Assembly: GCA_050014495.1 (NCBI GenBank)
Contig: JBEKDF010000001.1
Location: forward strand, 96,001-160,000
DNA: 64,000 nt
From: Candidatus Bathyarchaeia archaeon
GTDB lineage: Archaea; Thermoproteota; Bathyarchaeia; TCS64
Direction: 5' to 3'
Numbering within the stretch: the first letter of the stretch is position 1; the number at the start of each line of letters is the position of its first letter. Shown piece after piece: positions 1-10,487 of the stretch. The notes beneath the pieces were generated by a model. The model made no database searches, was not told the DNA's origin, and saw only the letters and a list, made by a program, of their open reading frames with translations. Made by a program: the position numbers and the translations under genes.

Positions 1-1119
1 CCAGTCATCGCCTGGCTCACTCGAGGACTTGAGGTGAACACTGGTATTGCAATCTCCGCGAGTCACAATCCGCCACAGTACAATGGCCTTAAAGTCTTCA
101 ACGACCGTGGCATGAGTTTTACAGAGAAGGAACAGGCCCAAGTTGAGACCCTCATGCAGAGTGGAGAGGTCGACTACGCCCCATGGGATAGCATTGGATC
201 GGTTGATTCAACCGAGGCCGCATGGATGTACCTAGACGCCCTGCAGGATGTTATGGAACTTAGTAAGGAATGGAAGATCGCCTGTGATCTATTCTGTGGA
301 GCAACGGGAACTATAGCAGCTGAAGCCTTTGAGGTATTCGGGATACATGCAACCTTAATCAATGGCAACCCCGATGGCCACTTCCCCGCTGGTGATCCCG
401 AGCCGACCACCGAGAACCTTCACAGACTCGGTGCCTACATAAAGGCGACCGAGGCGGAAGTTGGCTTCGGATTTGACGGAGACGGTGATAGGATGATGGC
501 GGTCGACGAGAAGGGTATCCCAGTGAGTGGGGACAGGATTCTCGCAGCCTACGCCGGTCACGTAATCGGAAAGGAAGGAAAAGGTACTGTCATAACTCAT
601 GTCGGCGCCTCAATGTGCATCGAAGACGTAGTTGAGGCAGAAGGTGGGAAAGTGATACGTGTCAAGGTCGGAGACGCCTACATAACCGAGGAGATGGAGA
701 GAAGGAGAGCAGTATTCGGTGGTGAGCCAATTGGGGCCTGGGTCTTCCCCGATGTGCATATGTGCCCCGACGGAATCCTCAGCGCTCTCAAGCTTCTTGA
801 AGCACTTGAGGAACATGAAATGACTCTCTCACAGTTCGTCTCGAATGTTCCAGAGTACCCGATCAAGAGCACAAAGGTTGAAGTCCCGAACAAGTCTCTG
901 GTAATGAAGGGGGTTGAGCAGAACTACAAGCGGATCTTCAATGAGGCAGAGGTGAACCGAGTGGATGGCGTCCGACTTCAACTGGCCGAGGGATGGATAC
1001 TTATACGCGCCTCCGGTACCGAACCTATCATAAGGCTCACTGCTGAGGGCAGAGATGAGAATTCGACCGCATCTCTTCTTGAACGTGGAAGGAAGCTCGT
1101 AATGGAGGTATCCAAGTGA
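1..1119 (+). CDS. glmM: Phosphoglucosamine mutase / phosphohexomutase (5' truncated by window)
   Basis: SASHNP phosphoserine loop, FDGDGDR metal loop, GGE sugar-binding motif, IRASGTEP; adjacent to glmU. Confidence 0.85.
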   Translation, partial: PVIAWLTRGLEVNTGIAISASHNPPQYNGLKVFNDRGMSFTEKEQAQVETLMQSGEVDYAPWDSIGSVDSTEAAWMYLDALQDVMELSKEWKIACDLFCGATGTIAAEAFEVFGIHATLINGNPDGHFPAGDPEPTTENLHRLGAYIKATEAEVGFGFDGDGDRMMAVDEKGIPVSGDRILAAYAGHVIGKEGKGTVITHVGASMCIEDVVEAEGGKVIRVKVGDAYITEEMERRRAVFGGEPIGAWVFPDVHMCPDGILSALKLLEALEEHEMTLSQFVSNVPEYPIKSTKVEVPNKSLVMKGVEQNYKRIFNEAEVNRVDGVRLQLAEGWILIRASGTEPIIRLTAEGRDENSTASLLERGRKLVMEVSK

Positions 1120-2354
1120 AGGCAGTAGTGATAGCAGCGGGGAAGGCGGAGAGACTTAGACCTCTCACATCGACGAGGCCAAAGCAATTAATACCGATTG
1201 CGGGAAGGCCACAACTAGAGTGGCTTCTCAGAGGAATCGCCGAGGCGGGGATCGAGGAGGCCCTTATCATCACCAATTATCTGGAGGACATGACCAAAAA
1301 GAGGTTTGGTGATGGTTCCGAACTTGGTTTAAAACTAACCTACGTGACTCAGAAGGAGATGAAAGGTACTGCCGACGCATTCCGGTACGCGGAGGCATTC
1401 GTCGCGGGGGATGATTTTCTAGGCATAAACGGGGATCTCTACCTGAGCCCGGGCATTATCAGCGAGGTAGTGAGAGCACATAGAGTTGGCGAATTAACAG
1501 TCACGGGTTTGGAAAGGGACCCCTATCTCTATGGTGCACTTAAGCTTCAGGGTGATAAGGTCTTAAGTATCGTAGAGAAGCCCTCCCCAAGTAGTGCACC
1601 CAGCAACGTCACTAATGCGGGCATCTACATCTTTCCAGAGAAAATATTTGATGCTATAAAGGCAACAAAGATCAGTCCAAGGGGAGAGTACGAGATCACT
1701 GACTCGGTGAACCACGTAATAGCCTCCGGCGTTTCAGCACGCGTCCATATGCTCGACGATGTTGATTGGCTTGACATCGGTCACCCTTGGCACGTCCTCG
1801 AGGCAAACACCAGAGCCCTCTCCAGACTCGAATCGAGGATAGAGGGAATAGTCGAGGAGGGCGTCCATGTCCAGGGACCTGTCTATGTCGCCTCCACATC
1901 CAGGGTGAGAAGCGGCGTCTATATCGAGGGCCCCGCCTACATAGGCCCAGACTCCGACGTCGGACCAAACAACTACATCCGTGCGGGCACCACCCTCGTC
2001 GGTGGCAACCGAGTCGGTGCAAGCTGCGAAGTCAAGAACACAATCCTCTTGGAGAAGGCCACAGTCCCCCATCTTAGCTATGTGGGCGACTCTATAATCG
2101 GGGAGCGCTGTAATCTCGGTGCAGGAACAATAACAGCAAATCTCCGTTTCGACCACAAGAACATTAAGATGACCATCAAAGGAGTGCGCATCGACACAGG
2201 ACTTCGAAAGCTCGGCACAGTCATGGGGGACGATTGTCAAACTGGCATAAATGTCAGTATCCACCCAGGTGTCATCATTGGCTCTGGTGCATGGATAGCC
2301 CCCGGTGTTACAGTCGAGAAAGACGTTCCAGAGGGCATTCTCCTTACATCCTAG
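1116..2354 (+). CDS. glmU: Bifunctional sugar-1-phosphate nucleotidylyltransferase/acetyltransferase
   Basis: AAGKAERLRPLT...PK NTP-transferase N-terminus; C-terminal hexapeptide repeats with HLSYVGDS and NLGAGTITAN. Confidence 0.9.
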   Translation: MKAVVIAAGKAERLRPLTSTRPKQLIPIAGRPQLEWLLRGIAEAGIEEALIITNYLEDMTKKRFGDGSELGLKLTYVTQKEMKGTADAFRYAEAFVAGDDFLGINGDLYLSPGIISEVVRAHRVGELTVTGLERDPYLYGALKLQGDKVLSIVEKPSPSSAPSNVTNAGIYIFPEKIFDAIKATKISPRGEYEITDSVNHVIASGVSARVHMLDDVDWLDIGHPWHVLEANTRALSRLESRIEGIVEEGVHVQGPVYVASTSRVRSGVYIEGPAYIGPDSDVGPNNYIRAGTTLVGGNRVGASCEVKNTILLEKATVPHLSYVGDSIIGERCNLGAGTITANLRFDHKNIKMTIKGVRIDTGLRKLGTVMGDDCQTGINVSIHPGVIIGSGAWIAPGVTVEKDVPEGILLTS

Positions 2355-2412
2355 GGCATACGCGAGAAGCTTAAGACAAATTAAATAACAGGGCCGACAG
2401 GGTCTTAGCCCG

Positions 2413-2745
2413 ATGGAGAAGAAGGACTTCAAAAGGCTCTTCCCCCACATTGCTGAGGAGATCGAGACAGATGCCTCAAAGGTTGACCTTAACAAGATTA
2501 ACGAGCCCACACCATCCACTGAGCCCAGCTACAAGGAGGACAGGAAATATGCCGGCTATCAACCCAGAGCCATCGATTTTATAAGAAGATGTAGAAAGTT
2601 ACAGGAGGCTGAGGAGATAATAAACTACCTCGAGAAGAGGGGTGAGATTGCTAGTGAGGAGGCCATGTTACTCAGAAAGCAGCTCAGCGAGGAAGGGCTT
2701 CGTAGCTTCGGTCCCCGAAAAAAGCCCGGCGACTACGAAAAATGA
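2413..2745 (+). CDS. Conserved archaeal protein (DUF2095-like)
   Basis: FPHIAEE...GYQP.AIDFIRRC...A.EII.YLEKRGEI...GLRSFG pattern. Confidence 0.75.
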   Translation: MEKKDFKRLFPHIAEEIETDASKVDLNKINEPTPSTEPSYKEDRKYAGYQPRAIDFIRRCRKLQEAEEIINYLEKRGEIASEEAMLLRKQLSEEGLRSFGPRKKPGDYEK

Positions 2746-2819
2746 AATAGACACTCCCAAAATGTGGCAGTGCATGGCGTTTAAAAGACCTATAAGCATC
2801 GGCTACATATTATATATCG

Positions 2820-3146
2820 ATGTCTTTCTCAGAGAGAAGAGCAATCCTTCTTAGAATACTTGAGATTGAAACTAATATAAATGATATTGAGCACAGCAAG
2901 AATTATCTCATTACGAGAAGGGATCTTAAAGCGCTCGAGCACTTCGGAAGTGGTGGCGGGAGGATAGTTGTTTGCTCCCCCGAGGACCTTGACAGGACCG
3001 TTGAGATCAGGAAAAACAGCCCAGAAATGGGGGAGTATATTGCCCGCTACAAGGAAAGAATGAGGGGCGATAGGGAGCGAATTGACAGTCTCAACATCGA
3101 AAAGTCGAAGCTCAAAACGGAACTTTTAAACAATTCAAACCGGTGA
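2820..3146 (+). CDS. Hypothetical protein, coiled-coil character
   Basis: 108-aa ATG ORF filling the gap, TATA-like TTTAAAA/TATAA upstream. Confidence 0.6.
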   Translation: MSFSERRAILLRILEIETNINDIEHSKNYLITRRDLKALEHFGSGGGRIVVCSPEDLDRTVEIRKNSPEMGEYIARYKERMRGDRERIDSLNIEKSKLKTELLNNSNR

Positions 3147-3259
3147 CTAACTAAGTCGCTATTCATTTATAGCCAAAGACGCCAAAAAAACACTTCGGGA
3201 GTTGATCATCGGCCACTTTTTAAGCCACGCTGTCCCCAAAGACCTAAGAAGGTCGGTTA

Positions 3260-3568
3260 TTGGGAAAGAAGAAAGTACTAAGCGAGAAGAATCTTCACAC
3301 GATGGTCCTACCATCGAAGAACGATGTCTTAGGGATAGCCCAGAAGATGCTCGGTTTCGATAGGGTCAGTGTAAAGTGTCAAGATGGCAATGTGCGCATC
3401 TGCCGCATCAGGGGCAAGATGAAGCGTCGCACATGGATACGCGAGGGCGATATCGTCCTAGTCAGCCCCTGGGACTTCCAGACAAATGAGCGTGGCGAGA
3501 TATTTTGGCGCTATACGCAGGGGCAGGTCGAGGAACTTAGACAGAAGGGAATACTTCTTATAGATTAA
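3260..3568 (+). CDS. eif1a: Translation initiation factor aIF-1A
   Basis: MLG..RV.V.C.DG..R.CRIRGKMK..WIREGD.V.V.PWDFQ...G.I.WRY. Confidence 0.95.
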   Translation: MGKKKVLSEKNLHTMVLPSKNDVLGIAQKMLGFDRVSVKCQDGNVRICRIRGKMKRRTWIREGDIVLVSPWDFQTNERGEIFWRYTQGQVEELRQKGILLID

Positions 3569-3698
3569 ATGGGTGGAGAATTCGCCCGTTTATAATGGCA
3601 AATCAAAAAAAAACACATTTTTTATTTATACATTAGCAAAAGTTTGCCAGCGCTGAAAAGGGTTTTAGACTTGAAACTCCCCAGCATTACAGGTAAAC

Positions 3699-4907
3699 AT
3701 GCCACCCCTCGTAGGACTCGTAGGTAAGGCAAATGTTGGCAAGAGTACATTCTTCGCCGCTGCCACTCTCAAACCAGTTGAGATAGCCAACTTCCCATTC
3801 ACAACAATCAAAGCCAATAGGGGAGTAGGCTACTTACGCACCCCGTGCGTCTGCCGGGAATTCCACGTCAAAGATGACCCCAACAACAGTGCATGCGTAG
3901 ACGGCATCCGGCTCGTACCAATCGACCTCATAGATACCCCTGGTCTCATACGTGGTGCCCATGATGGAAAGGGCCTAGGTAACCAATTCCTCGACGAGGT
4001 TCGACGAGCCGACGCCCTCATTGTCGTGTGCGATGCAGCCGGCAGTACAGACGAAGCGGGTCAGAGCTGTGCCCCTGGCGCCCACGACCCTATTGACGAC
4101 ATAAAGCTCTTCGAAGAGGAATTTGATGCCTGGCTCTTTGGTATAGTAATTAAAGATTGGGAGCGCCTCGCCCGCACAGCCGAGATGAAGCATGAAGAGA
4201 TATGGAAGCACATAGATGAGAAGATAAATGGTCTAGGTATAACAAGCAGTCACATACAGAACGCCTGCGAAAGGGCGAAACTAAACCCATTCAAGGCCGC
4301 TCAGTGGACGAAGACCGAGCTACATATCTTCTGCACCGAGCTCAGAAAGGCATCGAAGCCCCTCATAGTGGCTGCAAATAAGGCCGACAGGGAGCCTGCC
4401 TCACACAATGTTGAGAGGATCAAAGCAGCAGGCTATAGGGTCGTCCCGACATGCGCCGAAGCGGAACTTGCTCTACGTCGGGCAGCCGAGGCCGGACTCA
4501 TTAGGTATACACCAGGAGATAAAGACTTCAACGTTCTTCAGCCCGAGAAGCTTAACACCAACCAGCTCAATGCACTGGAGAGCATACGTGAGAAGGTCTT
4601 TAAGAAGTGGGGTGGAACCGGAGTCCAGGACGCGATAAATGAAGCTTTTTACAACCTACTCGACATGATAGCAGTCTTTCCTGTAGAGGACGCTGAGAAG
4701 CTCACAGACAGTAAAGGTCGTGTGCTCCCAGACTGCTTCCTTGTACCTAAGGGAACCACCGCCCGCCAGTTTGCCGGAATCATACATACTGACCTAGCCA
4801 AGAGCTTCCTATTCGCCGTTGATGCCCGTACAAAGATGCGCCTGGGAGAAGCTAAAGTACTCAAGGACAAAGATGTAATACAGATAGTCTCTGCGAAGTC
4901 AAGGTGA
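3699..4907 (+). CDS. ychF: YchF/Obg-family ATPase/GTPase with TGS domain
   Basis: GKANVGKST, NFPFTTI, DTPGL..GA..GKGLGNQFL, NKAD, IHTDL. Confidence 0.9.
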   Translation: MPPLVGLVGKANVGKSTFFAAATLKPVEIANFPFTTIKANRGVGYLRTPCVCREFHVKDDPNNSACVDGIRLVPIDLIDTPGLIRGAHDGKGLGNQFLDEVRRADALIVVCDAAGSTDEAGQSCAPGAHDPIDDIKLFEEEFDAWLFGIVIKDWERLARTAEMKHEEIWKHIDEKINGLGITSSHIQNACERAKLNPFKAAQWTKTELHIFCTELRKASKPLIVAANKADREPASHNVERIKAAGYRVVPTCAEAELALRRAAEAGLIRYTPGDKDFNVLQPEKLNTNQLNALESIREKVFKKWGGTGVQDAINEAFYNLLDMIAVFPVEDAEKLTDSKGRVLPDCFLVPKGTTARQFAGIIHTDLAKSFLFAVDARTKMRLGEAKVLKDKDVIQIVSAKSR

Positions 4908-4911
4908 TGAG

Positions 4912-5838
4912 ATGAAGGACGTTAAGGTGCTCGTATGTGATCCAATTGATGAAGTTGGGGTCAAAATGCTTAGGGAGGCCGGTTACCAGGTTGATCTTAA
5001 GACGGATATAACCGGCGCCGACCTCGTAAAGACAGCAGTTGCCTACGACGCCCTCGTCGTGAGGAGCAGAACGAAGGTCACCAAGGAGGTCCTACAGGCT
5101 GGAAAGCCAAGACTCAAGATAATTGCACGAAGCGGTGTCGGTCTCGACAATGTCGATTCTGAAGCAGCAAAAACCCTCGGCATCCAAGTGGTCAACAGCT
5201 CCGAGGCACCGAGCAATGCAGTCGCTGAGCTAGTCATCGGCTACATGCTTAGCCTTAGCCGAAACATCGCCCGTGGTGACGCTTCTATGAAGCGTGGCGA
5301 GTGGGCGAAGAATAAGCTCACCGGCTTCGAGCTCAGTGGTAAGACAATGGGCATCGTCGGTTTTGGCCGGATCGGCTTCTTAGTCGGGAAGAAGACTAAG
5401 GCACTTGGTATGCGCGTCCTTTGCTACGACGTTTTAATAGATAAGATGATGAACCTAGTCCAAGAGGCTGGGGCAGAGGCAGTACCATTAGATAAGCTCC
5501 TCACAGAGTCTGACATCATCACAGTGCACGTCCCACTACTCCCTCAGACCAAGTATATGTTCAATGCCGTAACCATCGCCAAGATGAAGAAGGGCTCGTA
5601 TATCATTAACGCTGCCCGCGGGGGCATCATCGAGGAAAAAGCCCTAATCGATGCCTTAAAAACGGGACACCTAGCCGGTGCAGCTTTAGATGTCTACGAA
5701 GAGGAACCCACAAGGAACCTCGACCTCATTAAGATGGAAAATGTCGTCTGCACCCCCCATATAGGCGCAGAGTCGAAGGAGGCGCAGCTAGGGAATAGTA
5801 CAATAGTCGCTGAGAAATTAATAAAAACACTCGGTTGA
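4912..5838 (+). CDS. D-3-phosphoglycerate dehydrogenase-like 2-hydroxyacid dehydrogenase (no ACT domain)
   Basis: VRSRTKV, GVGLDNVD, GFGRIG, NAARGG, LDVYEEEP, TPHIGA. Confidence 0.88.
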   Translation: MKDVKVLVCDPIDEVGVKMLREAGYQVDLKTDITGADLVKTAVAYDALVVRSRTKVTKEVLQAGKPRLKIIARSGVGLDNVDSEAAKTLGIQVVNSSEAPSNAVAELVIGYMLSLSRNIARGDASMKRGEWAKNKLTGFELSGKTMGIVGFGRIGFLVGKKTKALGMRVLCYDVLIDKMMNLVQEAGAEAVPLDKLLTESDIITVHVPLLPQTKYMFNAVTIAKMKKGSYIINAARGGIIEEKALIDALKTGHLAGAALDVYEEEPTRNLDLIKMENVVCTPHIGAESKEAQLGNSTIVAEKLIKTLG

Positions 5839-5931
5839 TCCTCCAATTCCTTATAACGCAGGATATATTAACGCTAGCCAAGTTTAATAGGAGTCGACAT
5901 GGGGAGAGATTAACCTCCTGAGTAGGTGTGT

Positions 5932-7212
5932 ATGAGAGTAATAATTGGGGCGGGTCTGTCCGGGCTCAGCGCTGCTTACCATTCGGGTGGCGATTACATA
6001 GTTCTAGAGCGGGAGGGAGAGGTCGGTGGCCTCTGCCGTAGCATCACCACAAGGGGTTACACATTCGACCTCGCCCCCCACATCTTCTTCTCTGGGAGCA
6101 AGTACGTCAATGGCTTAGTAAACGAGCTCCTTAATGGTGACCTCGTAAAACAGAGGCGACGCGCCTACATCTATCTTCACGGCTCATACATAGAGTACCC
6201 ATTCGAGGTAAACCTATACGGTCTGCCTCAACAAATAATCGATGCGTGCATAGATGGCGCACGTCACAGACTAGATATGCAGCCCCGGAACTTCATGGAG
6301 TGGATTAAGGCCACAATGGGGGATGGCGTCGCCAAGCACTATATGGTTCCTTACAATGAGAAGGTTTGGAAGTATCCTCTTGAGGAAATGAGCATTGAAT
6401 GGGTGGCAGGGAGAGTCCCAACACCGAGTGTTGAGGACATGGTTAAGGGCGCAAAAGGAAAGTTGGAGAGGGATTATGGCCCCAACGCCTACTTTCTCTA
6501 CCCCCGAGTTGGTGGCATAGGAGCCATTCCAAACGCCTTCATCAAGAGAGTCAAGGACATATCGTTAAACTCGAATGTATTAGAGATACGCCCCAGCGGG
6601 AAGCTCATCAACGTGCTCTACACAAGAAACAGAGAGCAGAAGATACTCCAAGCGAATCGAGTGCTCTCCTCCGCTCCATTACCAGAACTCGTAAAGATGA
6701 TCAGGTCTTCCCCTGAGGAGGTCATCAAAGCTTCCGAGAGGCTAGTCTACAACAGCCTAATCTGCTTCAACGTCGGTGTGAACCGTGAGGCCATCAGCGA
6801 TAAACATTGGCTCTACTTTCCCGAGAAGGAGTATGTTTTCAACAGGATCAGCTTTCCAATGAATCTCTCACCTGAGACCTCGCCCAAAGGTAAGAGTAAC
6901 ATTGTGGTTGAAGTTACCTACAGGGGAGTTAAGCCCGACCCAGAAGCTATTAAGGAAAAGGTTAAGAAGGGGCTCATTCACGCAGGAATACTCCGCGAAG
7001 AAGACGAATTGGAGGTCTTTGACTTTCTAAACTTCAAATATGCGTATGTAGTCTACGACCTCCAGCACAAGGGAAACGTTAATCTAATACTGAGATACTT
7101 GAAATCCCTCGGAGTCTCCTCCATGGGACGGTTCGGGGAGTGGGAGTACCTCAACATGGACAAGGCTATCCTCTCTGGAAAGAGGGCGGCGGAGGAAGAA
7201 AATAGAAAATGA
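5932..7212 (+). CDS. FAD-dependent oxidoreductase (HemY/UDP-galactopyranose mutase-like)
   Basis: GAGLSGL FAD motif, GGLCRS...FD..PH, PYNEKVW, GRFGEWEYLNMD; translationally coupled to a GT2 gene. Confidence 0.75.
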   Translation: MRVIIGAGLSGLSAAYHSGGDYIVLEREGEVGGLCRSITTRGYTFDLAPHIFFSGSKYVNGLVNELLNGDLVKQRRRAYIYLHGSYIEYPFEVNLYGLPQQIIDACIDGARHRLDMQPRNFMEWIKATMGDGVAKHYMVPYNEKVWKYPLEEMSIEWVAGRVPTPSVEDMVKGAKGKLERDYGPNAYFLYPRVGGIGAIPNAFIKRVKDISLNSNVLEIRPSGKLINVLYTRNREQKILQANRVLSSAPLPELVKMIRSSPEEVIKASERLVYNSLICFNVGVNREAISDKHWLYFPEKEYVFNRISFPMNLSPETSPKGKSNIVVEVTYRGVKPDPEAIKEKVKKGLIHAGILREEDELEVFDFLNFKYAYVVYDLQHKGNVNLILRYLKSLGVSSMGRFGEWEYLNMDKAILSGKRAAEEENRK

Positions 7213-7937
7213 TTACAGTAGTCGTACCAACTTATAATGAGGAGAAGAACATCGAACGCTGTCTCCGGGCCCTTGCTATGCAGAGCATACCACGTGATTC
7301 GTATGAAATCATCGTAGTTGACGGAAACAGTAAGGACCAGACGAGGGAGATAGCCTCAAAGTATGCTGACTTAGTCATCCAGCAGAGTAGCTCAGGAGTT
7401 GGAGGCGCTCGGAACGATGGCGTAATAGTCGCAAGGGGAGACATAATTGCTACGACCGATGCCGACTGCCTCCCTGACGAGAACTGGCTTCTAACTATAC
7501 TCGAGGACTTCAGTGACGATGAGATAGTCGCCGTCACAGGATACCTAGACCCCATGATCCCTAAAGACATGCAGAGGTTCAAAGCAGGAACCTATCATTA
7601 CGCATTCAAGGTCGCTAACGGCCTCCGCAAGGCTGGATCTCTAGTTGGCTACCACCATCTTTGTGGGGCGAACACAGCCTTCCGAAGGGATGTCTTCCTC
7701 GAGGTTAAAGGCTACAGAGACCTCGCCTACTCAGACGATATTGAGCTTGCCAAGAGGCTGAAACTGCATGGTAAAATGGCGATGGATGACAAGATACAGG
7801 TCGACTATTCTATTCGACGTATTCAGAAGCTTGGGATAGCTAAGTACACATGGATGATATTTAGAAACGACGTCAATGTAATGTTTCTCGGCATGAAACC
7901 AATTAAAGGTAACTATGCCAAGCAGGATTATAATTAG
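7209..7937 (+). CDS. Glycosyltransferase family 2
   Basis: VVVPTYNEE, VVDGNSKD, GARNDG, TDAD. Confidence 0.9.
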   Translation: MITVVVPTYNEEKNIERCLRALAMQSIPRDSYEIIVVDGNSKDQTREIASKYADLVIQQSSSGVGGARNDGVIVARGDIIATTDADCLPDENWLLTILEDFSDDEIVAVTGYLDPMIPKDMQRFKAGTYHYAFKVANGLRKAGSLVGYHHLCGANTAFRRDVFLEVKGYRDLAYSDDIELAKRLKLHGKMAMDDKIQVDYSIRRIQKLGIAKYTWMIFRNDVNVMFLGMKPIKGNYAKQDYN

Positions 7938-7971
7938 AAAATTAATAGATGGTTTCCTACATCGGATAGTA

Positions 7972-8424
7972 TTACTTTCTTGTGACCCAATTAAGGTCCT
8001 TGTCAGCCTTAATGTGGGGGCTTGCGGGGTCGAGGAGTATGACCTCATACCACTTATTTACGCCGTCCTGCCAAACCCAGTAACTGTTGAGTACCTCAAG
8101 GTTAGGATACTTCTTCGAAGCTCGTTGCTCCGCTATTAACTGAATACTCTTCGCGGGGGTGTATTTAGTTACACCCATCTTTTTCGGCCTACGGCCGAGG
8201 ACGGCTCTGAGCTTATGTGCACCACCGCGGCGGACGCGTACTCGTACCACCACTATACCTTTCTTGGCCTTGTAACCGAGCCTGTGGGCGCGGTCTAGAC
8301 GCGTTGGCTTATCCACTCTATTGACGGCGGGTTGCCGCCTCCAAGCGACGACGCGCTGGCGCATGAGATCCTGCACGTAGCTCTTCGCCGGACGTTTCCA
8401 AGCCTCTTCGAGGTGCCGGTACAT
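7972..8424 (-). CDS. rpl15e: 50S ribosomal protein L15e (short C-terminus)
   Basis: PTRLDRA..LGYKAK.G.VVVRVRVRRGG, IAEQRA..KYPNLEVLNSYWV.DG..KWYEVIL.DP. Confidence 0.95.
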   Translation of the reverse strand: MYRHLEEAWKRPAKSYVQDLMRQRVVAWRRQPAVNRVDKPTRLDRAHRLGYKAKKGIVVVRVRVRRGGAHKLRAVLGRRPKKMGVTKYTPAKSIQLIAEQRASKKYPNLEVLNSYWVWQDGVNKWYEVILLDPASPHIKADKDLNWVTRK

Positions 8425-8670
8425 TGACGGATTCTCCTATGCGAAGACCTTAGAGAAGTCTACGGCCTAATAAATGTATAGGGGTGCACTTTTGAACTAG
8501 GGGACAAGGGTGAAAGAAAAGAAGAGTATGGTAACTAATCAAATATGGTACAGATGAATAACATCGTTGCTAGGGGCGTATGAAAAATGAACTTGATCGA
8601 TATGAAAAATGAGAAACAAATTGAATTCTCTGGCTACTGCATCATTCTAGAAAAGCATTGATGATTGGGG

Positions 8671-9087
8671 TCAACGATTGATCAAACCATCTACTATTAG
8701 ATGTCGCTTCTGACGGAGATATACAACCGGTATACTTCGTTCCCTAAGTCTCCTTCTTAGCATTGCATCGGTGGTGCCAACCACATAACCACCAAAGGCT
8801 GCAAGCCTGATAAGTTGATCATCTACCTCCTCACCAGGTTCGAGATGGACATCCAAAAGGGTAATCCCACCTGCTAAAGTTAATGCAAACTCAATCTCCT
8901 TCTGCTCACCCGGCTTAACCAGATTCTTAAGTTTCCTGAGTTCCTCAACAACGGCTGTGGTTGTTGCTAACTCGAAAGAAGTCTCGATGACACGCTTTAA
9001 CTCGGCTTCGATGTCAACGCCAAATCTAATTGATATCATCAAGAAATTTGTGTCCAAAAGTACCATAATGGGTTCTCTGTGGATCAT
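8671..9087 (-). CDS. PIN-domain protein (Fcf1/Utp24-like)
   Basis: LLDTNFL, V..EL, DD, TTD..L.RRL...PV.YLRQ; directly after aIF-2 gamma. Confidence 0.85.
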   Translation of the reverse strand: MIHREPIMVLLDTNFLMISIRFGVDIEAELKRVIETSFELATTTAVVEELRKLKNLVKPGEQKEIEFALTLAGGITLLDVHLEPGEEVDDQLIRLAAFGGYVVGTTDAMLRRRLRERSIPVVYLRQKRHLIVDGLINR

Positions 9088-10331
9088 CAGTTACTCAGGG
9101 CTCCGGCTCCAATAAGGCGCCAGCGCCCATCAATTCTGCGGCTGAGTGCCACCCTGTCAGTTTCCTCACCACAGATGGGGATGCTGAGCTTAGCTTCGAG
9201 ATAATCCTTTTTGACAAGCGTGACGTCCGCCATTGTCTTAGCTGTGCCAACGTTGAGGAGAAGTTTCTCCCCCTTGGCGATCGCCGCCACTTTCTCCTGC
9301 TCCTTACTTCCAACGACACTACCGAAGAGCTTGACTTTCATCGATAGTTCATCCTGAACAGATGGGAGAGTTCCGAGTTTTCCGAGTAGACTTCCGACGA
9401 GACCGTCGCTCTTGCTCAGACTCGGATCGAGTAGGGTTCCTACGCCAACTAAACCACCTGGAATCGCCTCATCAACGGTGGTGCCGCCAATGTGGAGACT
9501 AGTAATCTCTGTGACGAGCTCCCTCATCTTCAGCTTATTTTTATCCCTCGTGGGTAGGCCGGGCTTGATCTCGACCTCATCTCCCACCTTGAAGCTGCCC
9601 CGGTAGATGCTGCCGCCAAGAACACCTCCAGTCAAGTCATCGATCATTGTCCCCGGGTTGTTGACATCGAAGCTTCTAACTATGTGCATACGGCCGGGTT
9701 TATTGGAGTCCCTTTCGGGGGTGGGGAGGTACTCCTGTATGGCTTGGAGAAGCATGTCTATGTTGACCTCGTGTTGTGCTGAGACAGGTATGATGGGGGC
9801 ATCCTCCGCGACTGTGCCATCGATGAACTTTACTATATCGTTATAGCTCCTGATGGCATCATCGCGCTTTACGAGATCAATCTTGTTTTGTACTATAATG
9901 AGATTCTTGAGCCCTAGCGTGTCGATGGCAGCGAGATGTTCCCTCGTTTGTGGCTGTGGGCATTTCTCGTTAGCTGCGATGACGAGTATTGCCCCATCCA
10001 TTACAGCTGCGCCAGATAACATTGTAGCCATCAGAATCTCGTGGCCGGGGGCGTCCACGAAGCTGATAGCCCGCTGGAACTCGGCCTCCTTGCCACAGCC
10101 CGAGCATACGGGAGAGGTGCAATAACACTTTGGCTCATCACAATCAGGGCACTTGAATATGGCGAAATCGGCATAACCGAGCTTTATTGTGATGCCTCTT
10201 TTTAGTTCCTCGCTGTGCTTCGAAGCCCACTGTCCAGTTAGTGCTTGGACGAGCGTTGTCTTTCCATGGTCAACGTGGCCAATTGTACCGATGTTGACCT
10301 CAGGTTGTTTAGGTAGGCTAGATATTTCCAC
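9087..10331 (-). CDS. eif2g: Translation initiation factor aIF-2 gamma
   Basis: QPEVNIG..GHVDHGKTT, RGITIKLGY, Zn knuckle, DAPGHE, QTREHL, NKID, RWRLIG. Confidence 0.97.
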   Translation of the reverse strand: MEISSLPKQPEVNIGTIGHVDHGKTTLVQALTGQWASKHSEELKRGITIKLGYADFAIFKCPDCDEPKCYCTSPVCSGCGKEAEFQRAISFVDAPGHEILMATMLSGAAVMDGAILVIAANEKCPQPQTREHLAAIDTLGLKNLIIVQNKIDLVKRDDAIRSYNDIVKFIDGTVAEDAPIIPVSAQHEVNIDMLLQAIQEYLPTPERDSNKPGRMHIVRSFDVNNPGTMIDDLTGGVLGGSIYRGSFKVGDEVEIKPGLPTRDKNKLKMRELVTEITSLHIGGTTVDEAIPGGLVGVGTLLDPSLSKSDGLVGSLLGKLGTLPSVQDELSMKVKLFGSVVGSKEQEKVAAIAKGEKLLLNVGTAKTMADVTLVKKDYLEAKLSIPICGEETDRVALSRRIDGRWRLIGAGALSN

Positions 10332-10487
10332 TTCCCCCGTGCAAACTCAATCAGTGATAAGCCTCCTCTTAAATACATTTATTGAAATCACTGAACCCCT
10401 ACGCGGATAATTCCGCGACTTAAAAAGAGGCACTTGGGAGGTAGATTAAATTTAATCGAATTATTAATAGAAAGTGAATATAGGGTT

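Noticed and set aside
1734..2519. Long antisense ORFs (e.g. 261 aa here, 229 aa at 22763, 196 aa at 35660)
   Set aside because: They lie opposite well-supported conserved genes and have no protein-like motifs
8580..8612. TATGAAAAATGA duplicated
   Set aside because: Two short copies in an AT-rich spacer; plausibly chance
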